DNA of 64,000 bases from NCBI RefSeq assembly GCF_009914755.1, contig NC_060928.1. One strand, 5' to 3'. Origin of the DNA: the human T2T-CHM13v2.0 reference genome, Homo sapiens. Below the pieces are notes generated by a model. The model ran no database searches, was not told the origin of the DNA, and saw only the letters and a list, made by a program, of their open reading frames with translations. The position numbers and the translations under genes were made by a program. This document shows, one piece after another, positions 57,700 to 64,000 of this stretch. The first letter of the stretch is position 1, and every line of letters starts with the position of its first letter.

Positions 57700-60600
57700 C
57701 TGTGTATATATTCTTTTGAGAATTCTTTCTTGATGTCCCTGCCCCATTTTTTAATGGAGTTGTTTGTGTATGTTTTATTAATTTGTTTAAGTTCCTTATA
57801 GATTTTTGATATTAGGCCTTTATCAGATGCATAGTTTACAATTATATTCGCCCGTTCTGTAAGTCATCTGTTTATTCTGTTGATAGTTACTTTTGTTGCA
57901 CAGGGGCTTTTTAGTTCAGTTATGTTCTCTTCTATTGATTTTGTTCTAGGGTTTTATAGTTTTAGGATACTGTACTAGCGTTTTCTCATGCTGTTACTAA
58001 AGACATACCCGAGACTGGGTAATTTAAAAGGAAAGAGGTTTAGTAGATTCACAGTTACACATGGCTTGGGAGGCCTCGCAATGATGAGAAAAGGCAAATG
58101 AGAAGCAATGTTATGTAATACATGGAGGCAGGCAAGAAGACTTGTGTAGGGAAACTCTCCTTTATAAAACTATAAGATCTCAAGACACTTATTCACTATC
58201 ATGGGAATAGCATGGGAAAAATGCGCTACAATGATTCAATTACCTCTCACCAAGTTCCTCCCACAACAGCTGGGAATTATAGGAGCTACAATTCCAGATG
58301 AAATTTCGGTGAGGGAACAGCCAAATCATATCATTCTTCCCTTGGCCCCTTCCAAATATCAGGTCCTCACATTTCAAAACCAATCCTGCAGTTCCCCAAA
58401 GTCTTAACTAATTTCAGCATTAACTCAAAAGTCCACAGTCCAGAGTCTCAACTGAGATAAGGCAAGTCCTTTTTGCCTATGAGCCTAAAAAACAAAAGCA
58501 AGTTAGTTACTTTCTAGATACAATGAAGAAACAGGCATTGGATAAATACACTCCTTCTAAATGGCAGAAATTGGCCAAGACAAAGGGGCTACAGGCTCCA
58601 TGCAAGTCCGAAATCCAGGTAAGGCAATAAAATCCAGGGGACAGTCATTGCCAAAATGATCTTCTTTGACTCCATGCCTCAAATACAGGTCACACTGATA
58701 TAAGCGGTGGGATTCCATGGTCTTCGGCAGTTCAACCCCTTTAGTTTTGCAGGGTACAGGTCTCCTCTTGGCTGCTTTCATGGGCTGGCATTGAATGTCT
58801 GTGGTTTTTCCAGTTGCATGGTCTAAACTGTTTGTGGATGTATCATACTGTGGTCTGGAGGACGGTGGCCCACTTCTCACGGCTCCACTGGGTAGTGCTC
58901 TGATGGTGACTCTCTGTGTGGGTGTGTTGGGGGTGGGGGGGCTCACACTACACATTTTGCACTCACACTGCGCTAACAGAGTTTCTTCATGATTGTCTCA
59001 ACCCTGCAGCAAACTTCTGCTTGAACATACAGGCATTTCCATAAATCTGAAATCTAGACAGAGGTTCGCAAGCCTCAATTATTGACTTCTCTGTACCCAC
59101 AGACTCAACACCACATCAAAGCTGGCAATCTGCCAAGGCTTGGGGGTAGCCCCACTGAAGCCATGGCTTGAGCTCTACCTTGGCCACTTTTAGCCATAGC
59201 TGAGACACAGGGGACCGAGTTCTGACACTGCACAAAGCAGCAAGATGCTGGGTCTAGCTCACAAAACCATTTTTTTCCTTCTTGGCCTCCCAGCCTGTAA
59301 TGGGACAGGCTGCAGCCAGAAAGACCTCTGACATGCCCTGGAGACAATTTCTCCATTGTCTTGGCTATTGACAATTGGTTTCTAATTACTTATGCAAGTT
59401 TCTGCAGTTAGCTCAAATTTCTCCTCTGAAAATGGGATTTTTCTTTTATACCACATCGTCAGGCTACGGGTTTTCCAAACTTTTATGCTCTACTTCCCTT
59501 TTCAACATAAGTTCCAATTCCAAACCATATCTTTGTAAATACATAAAACGGAATACTTTTGACTGTACCCAAGTCACCTCTTGAATACTTTGCTGCTTAG
59601 AAATTTCTTCCATCAGATGCTCTAAATCAGCTCTCTCATGTTACAAGATTCACAAATCTCTAGGCCAGGAGTTAAATGCCACAGGTCTTTGCTAAAACAT
59701 AGCAGAGTCACCTTTGCTCCATTACCAACAAGTTCCTTATCTCCATCTGAGACCACCTCTGCCTGGACTTTATTGTCCATATCACTATTGGCATTTTGCT
59801 CAAAGCCATTCAACAAGTCTCTAGGAGGTTTCAAACTTTCCCACATCTTTCTGTTTTCTTCTGAGTCTTCCAAACTATTTCAAACTCTGCCTGTTACCCA
59901 GTTCCAAAGTTGCTTCCATATTTCCTGATATCTATACAGCAGTACCCCACTACCTAGTACCAATTTACTGTATTAATCTATTCTCATGCTGTTAAAAAAG
60001 ACATACCCAAGCTAATTTATAAAGGAAAGAGTTTTAATGGACTCACAGTTTCACATAACCAGGGAGACCTCACAATTATGGCAGAAGGTGAATGAGGAGC
60101 AAAGTCACATCTTACATGGCAGCAGGTAAGAGAGCTTATGTAGGGTAATTCCCCTTTATAGAACAATTATATCTCATGAGACTTATTTACTATCAAAAAA
60201 AAAATATGGGAAAGGCCCACCCTTATGATTAAATTAGCTCTCGCTGGATCCTTCCCACAACAGGTGGAAATTATGGGAGCTACAATTCAAGATGAGATTT
60301 GGGTGGGGACACAGCCAAGCCATATTAGTTAAACATTTACATCTTTAACCCATCTTCAGTTGGTTTTTGCATATAGTAAAAAGAAGATATCTAGTTTCAT
60401 TCTTCTGCATATGGCTAGCCAGTTATTTAGCACCATTTATTGAAGAGTGAGTTGTTTCCCCATTGTTTGTTCTTATTGACTTTGTTTAAATCAGATGACT
60501 GTAGGTGTAAGGCTTTATTTCTGGGTGCTTTAACTGGTTCCATTGGTCTATGTGTCTGTTTTTGTACCAGTACCATGCTGTTTCAGTTACTGTAGCCTTG

Positions 60601-61023
60601 TATTAGAGTGTGAAGTTGGGTATTGTGATGCCTCTGGCTTTGTTTTTGTGCTTAGATCTGTTTTGACTTTTGGGCTATTTTTGGTTTCATAGGAATTTTA
60701 GAATTTTTTTTTTCCAATTGCATTGAAAATGTTCATGGTAGTTTGATAGAAATAGCATTGAATCAGTAAATTACTTTGGGTAGTGTGGTCATTTTAACAA
60801 TATTAATTCTTTCTATAATTGAGCATGAAACACATTTCTTTTCGTTGGTGTTGTTTCCAATTTTTTCAACAGCATTTTGTAATGTTTAGGGTAGAGATTT
60901 CTCACCTCCCTGGTTAGCTGTATTTCTAGGTATTTTATTTGTGGCTGTTGTAAATGGTAGTGCATTCTTGATTTGGCTCTCAGCTTGGATGTTGTTGGTA
61001 TAGAGAAATGTTACTGATATTTG
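57700..61023 (-). mobile_element. Older L1P ORF2 fragment, host of the THE1 and LTR30 insertions
   Basis: Antisense L1 motifs on both sides of THE1 (..CTAGGGTTTTATAGTTTTAGG | ACATT..TCTTTAACCCATCTT..; TTTTGTACCAGTACCATGCTGTTT). Confidence 0.75.
57971..60327 (-). mobile_element. Full-length THE1 (THE1C/D-like) MaLR: LTR 57971-58333, internal 58334-59968, LTR 59969-60327
   Basis: Both LTRs read TGTA.TA...TTCTCATGCTGTT..AAAGACATACCC...ACAGCCAA.CATAT.A around a ~1.6-kb THE1 internal region. Confidence 0.88.
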
Positions 61024-61725
61024 TGTAATGCCAAAGGTTTTTGCCTTAGCCACACCAAAGATTTGGTGTGGCGGCAGCCTTCGGTGAGAGAGAGACAGGG
61101 ATCAACTGAGAGAAAAAAAAGCTGTAGGCTTTATTAAGCAGAGTGACAGTACAAAGCTTCCACAGCATGGAAAGGGTCCCGAGTGGGTAGCCAGTGTTAG
61201 ATTTTTTTGATCACCTATTAAACTCTTCTAAGGTGAGAAATACATGTGGTGGGAAGATGTTTCCAGAGAGAGAAACAAAGACAATTAACATGTCTTAGGT
61301 CTTGAGGAAAACCGGGATTGTAACTTAAGTTTTATCTACTTTATAACCTTGCAGTGGCATGGCAAAGGGGACAGAATCTCACAGGATTTTACAAATTGTG
61401 TTTACAAGGAATTGGAATTGGGAGCATAGATAAGGTCTGCTGGTCACAGAAAAACTGGCTTTTAACATTCCTTTTAGTTTCAGGGGAGGGGGAAGGGAGA
61501 GAGGGAGCACAGACACAGGTAGGCTTACAGCAAAAGTTTCGCCGTTTATAGCTTTCTTGGGGGAAGAAAACACATGCACAAATTCTGATGTTAGGAATAT
61601 TTTAAGTATATATCTTCAATATTATTCATCCAGGACCAAAGTAAGTCTTGATGTGGAAATGTGTGAGTTTCACAGCTTTCTGAGCCCCTACCCGACCCAG
61701 GAATCCCAGCTGGAACCTCCTCTCA
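61024..61725 (-). repeat. LTR30-like 3' LTR of a HERV30-like provirus
   Basis: Minus strand begins TGAGAGGAGGTTCCAGCTGGG..GGGGCTCAGAAAGCTGTGAAACTC (recalled LTR30 start), has AATAAA (TTTATT ~61130) and ends ..ATTACA. Confidence 0.7.
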
Positions 61726-64000
61726 GTCCCCAGTCTAGACAGGACATACCAATTGATGTTGGGAACTGGGCGGCAGTCATTCTGGCTACTTCCTGCTGGT
61801 TAGGGGCAAAGAAAGGGCCCTGCACAGAGGGGCCTCTGTGTTACCCTCCAGAGGGGAACTTTTTACGCCAGTGAGGGACCAGTGAGTGGATCCAGGTTTC
61901 CTCGGTAGAAGCGGGAGTTAAGCTCATTTGAGTTTTCATTTGTAAGACTATTTGTAGCTTGATGGCCTTGATCCTGAAGAAAACAAATTTGACAAGGAGG
62001 TTAAAAATGCAAGGCCCAAAAGCAAGTAATAGTAGGATGGCTGTCACAGGCCTACAAAAGGGAGGAGCCAAGGTATCCATTGGTTAAACATATTTCAGGG
62101 ACCTAAGTGTTCAAGCTCCTTTTTTCTACTTTCTATTCATTCTCTTATTTCTTTGACCTTTTCAGTAATGATTCCTGACTGGTTAATGAAATGGCAACAT
62201 TCTTCTCCTAAGAAGAGGCAGGTTCCTCCTCTTTCAACTGTTAATAAGTCTAGGGCTCTCCGATTTTGAAGGACTACCACAGTTAGAGAATTAAGCTGGC
62301 TTTGTAGGGTCACTAGAGAGTCGGTAGCTAATTCCATGTCATCATTTAATTCTCGTGATAATTTATAACAGAATTGTGTGGAGGAGGTTATGCCTCCAAT
62401 TCCAGTCCCAAGCCTGCCTAGTATTCTGGCTCCTACAATAAAAGGGACAATAAGGGTTCGCGTGTGGCAAGATTGGGGTATAAGGAGACTTTGTAACTCT
62501 TGTTCAGTATATATGGACATGGGAGGTGCTAGAAAGGAGAGAAAGCACAGTTCTTTCGGAGTGCCATTTAGGCATGATAGGCTGTGATATCACAGATGAA
62601 AAAAATGCCTTAAGGTAGACAGGTGAAACCTGAGGTCTTGCACTAGTCTCCACTGACTATTTGGTTTTTGTATTCCTAGGATTGGGGTGTTCCAAGGACT
62701 GGTACATATTTTTACTAAACCTTGAGCTTTTAAATTTCTAACAATATCCTGTAATCCTTTGAGAGCTTCAGGCCTTTAGGGATATTGCCTTTGATAAGGA
62801 AAAATGGTGGGGCCTTTTAGCTTGATTTGGACTGGATGAGCATTCTTTGCCCTTCCAAATTGTCCTTCTAAGGCCCAGACCTCGAAGTTGATTTCTTCTT
62901 CAAGTAGGGGACAACAAATGGGTAATTTGTTCCCCATATTCATGTAGATAATGGCCCCAGCTTTGGCTAATATGTCCCTCCCTAATAAGGGTGTGGGACT
63001 TTCAGGCATTACAAGAAAGGCATGTGAAAGAGCAAAGTCTCCCAATTGCAGCTGAGGAGACGAGAGAAATACCTGGTTACAGGCTGTCCTAAGATTCCTC
63101 GGATAGAAACAGACTTTGAGGACAGTCATCTGGGGCAAGAGGTTAAAACTGAGAAGGCCACACCAGTGTCCAGGAGGAAGTCCACTTCCTGGCCCTCAAT
63201 GGTCAAACTTACCTGGGGCTCTGTGAGGGTGACGGCATGAGCTGGCGCTTGCCCCAGGCACACTCAGTCCTGTTGCTGAATCATCTGGGTGGGTGCTTCT
63301 GGTCCAGAGGGCCTTCATCCTCTGGGGCAGTGCACCAATTGGACATGGGTGAGGGGGTGGTTTGTTTTTTGTTGAACACTCTTTCTTAAAGTGTCCTTGC
63401 AAACCGCACTGATAACAAGTCCTACTAGGCAATTGGCCTCTCCTCTCTTGATTCCCTCTGAGCCACCAAGGTCTGCCTGTCTGAGGGCCATGACTAAGGC
63501 TGCAGCCTTTCTCTTATCTCACTTTTCCCTTTTGGTCTGTTCCTCTTGGTCCCTGTTATAGAACACTGAGGTTGCCAGGTTTAATAATATCTCTAAATTT
63601 GTTCTGGGCCTAAGGCAGAGTTTTGGAGTTTTCTCCTAATGTCAGCCACTGATTGGGTGATAAATTTATCCTTTAAAATAAGTTGGCCTTCAACGGAATC
63701 TGGAGTTAAGGAGCTGTGCTTTCTTAGGGCCTTCCTTAGCCTTTCTAGAAAAGCAGAGGGGTTTTCCTCCTTTCCCTTTGTAATTGTGGATAGCATTGAG
63801 TAGTTCACAGGCTTTTTCCTGGTCTTCCTCAACCCATCTAAAATGCAAGTTTGCAAATGCCAGCGGCCCCAGTCTCCATGATCTGAGTAAGTATCCCAAT
63901 GAGGGTCTACACTGAGGACTGCCTGTTGCCCTGTGGGGAATTTTTGCCACTCCTCCAGGGTCATTCAATCATTTAGCTGGCTAAAGTACCATAGATCCCC
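61726..64000 (-). mobile_element. HERV30/HERV-W9-group (class I) internal region: gag CA-NC, protease, RT start fused by deletion to env; continues beyond the window
   Basis: Gag MHR ITKGKEENPSAFLERLRKAL and knuckle CYQCGLQGHFKKEC; protease FLLDTG..PTPLLGRDIL; RT SPWNTPIL..WRLVQDLR; env TM LQNRRALDLLT..CLFLGEECC. Confidence 0.8.
62137..62520 (-). pseudogene. ERV env TM ectodomain ORF (syncytin-1/HERV-W-like), 127 aa
   Basis: GTGIGGITSSTQF..KLS.ELN.DME..DSLVTLQSQLNSL..VVLQNRRALDLLTVERGGTCLFLGEECC..NQSGIITEKVKEIR; ends at TGA before the TM anchor. Confidence 0.8.

Noticed and set aside
58201-59928. Several 65-132 aa ORFs in 58.2-59.9 kb
   Set aside because: All lie within the THE1 element, where such ORFs are common decay products.

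Overview
AT-rich primate (very likely human chr4q13 UGT2 cluster) genomic DNA, not prokaryotic. The only intact protein-coding gene is UGT2B11 on the minus strand: six GT-AG exons (721+149+132+88+220+280 = 1590 nt, 529 aa + stop) from 53195 to 38914. Two dead UGT first exons flank it: a UGT2A3-like exon 1 with its promoter on the + strand (20123-20835, convergent with UGT2B11) and an older UGT2B-type exon 1 relic about 1.2 kb upstream of UGT2B11 (54380-55106, minus). Most of the rest is nested transposon debris: L1PA/L1PB/L1M, Alu, Tigger1, MaLR (THE1/MST), MER4-group LTRs, a pol-deleted HERV-K(HML-8)/MER11 provirus, and a HERV30/LTR30-like provirus running off the right edge. Repeat family names come from recalled consensus sequences and need RepeatMasker/Dfam confirmation. 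I see no new multi-gene system. The most unusual signals are: (1) two inverted L1PA copies of apparently different age sharing about 10 non-consensus substitutions, suggesting gene conversion around the UGT2A3-like exon; (2) an inverted copy of the provirus U5 end, apparently with host flank, pasted into its own env; (3) parts for a possible antisense transcript across UGT2B11; (4) a probable short L1 3' transduction and a twin-priming inversion.
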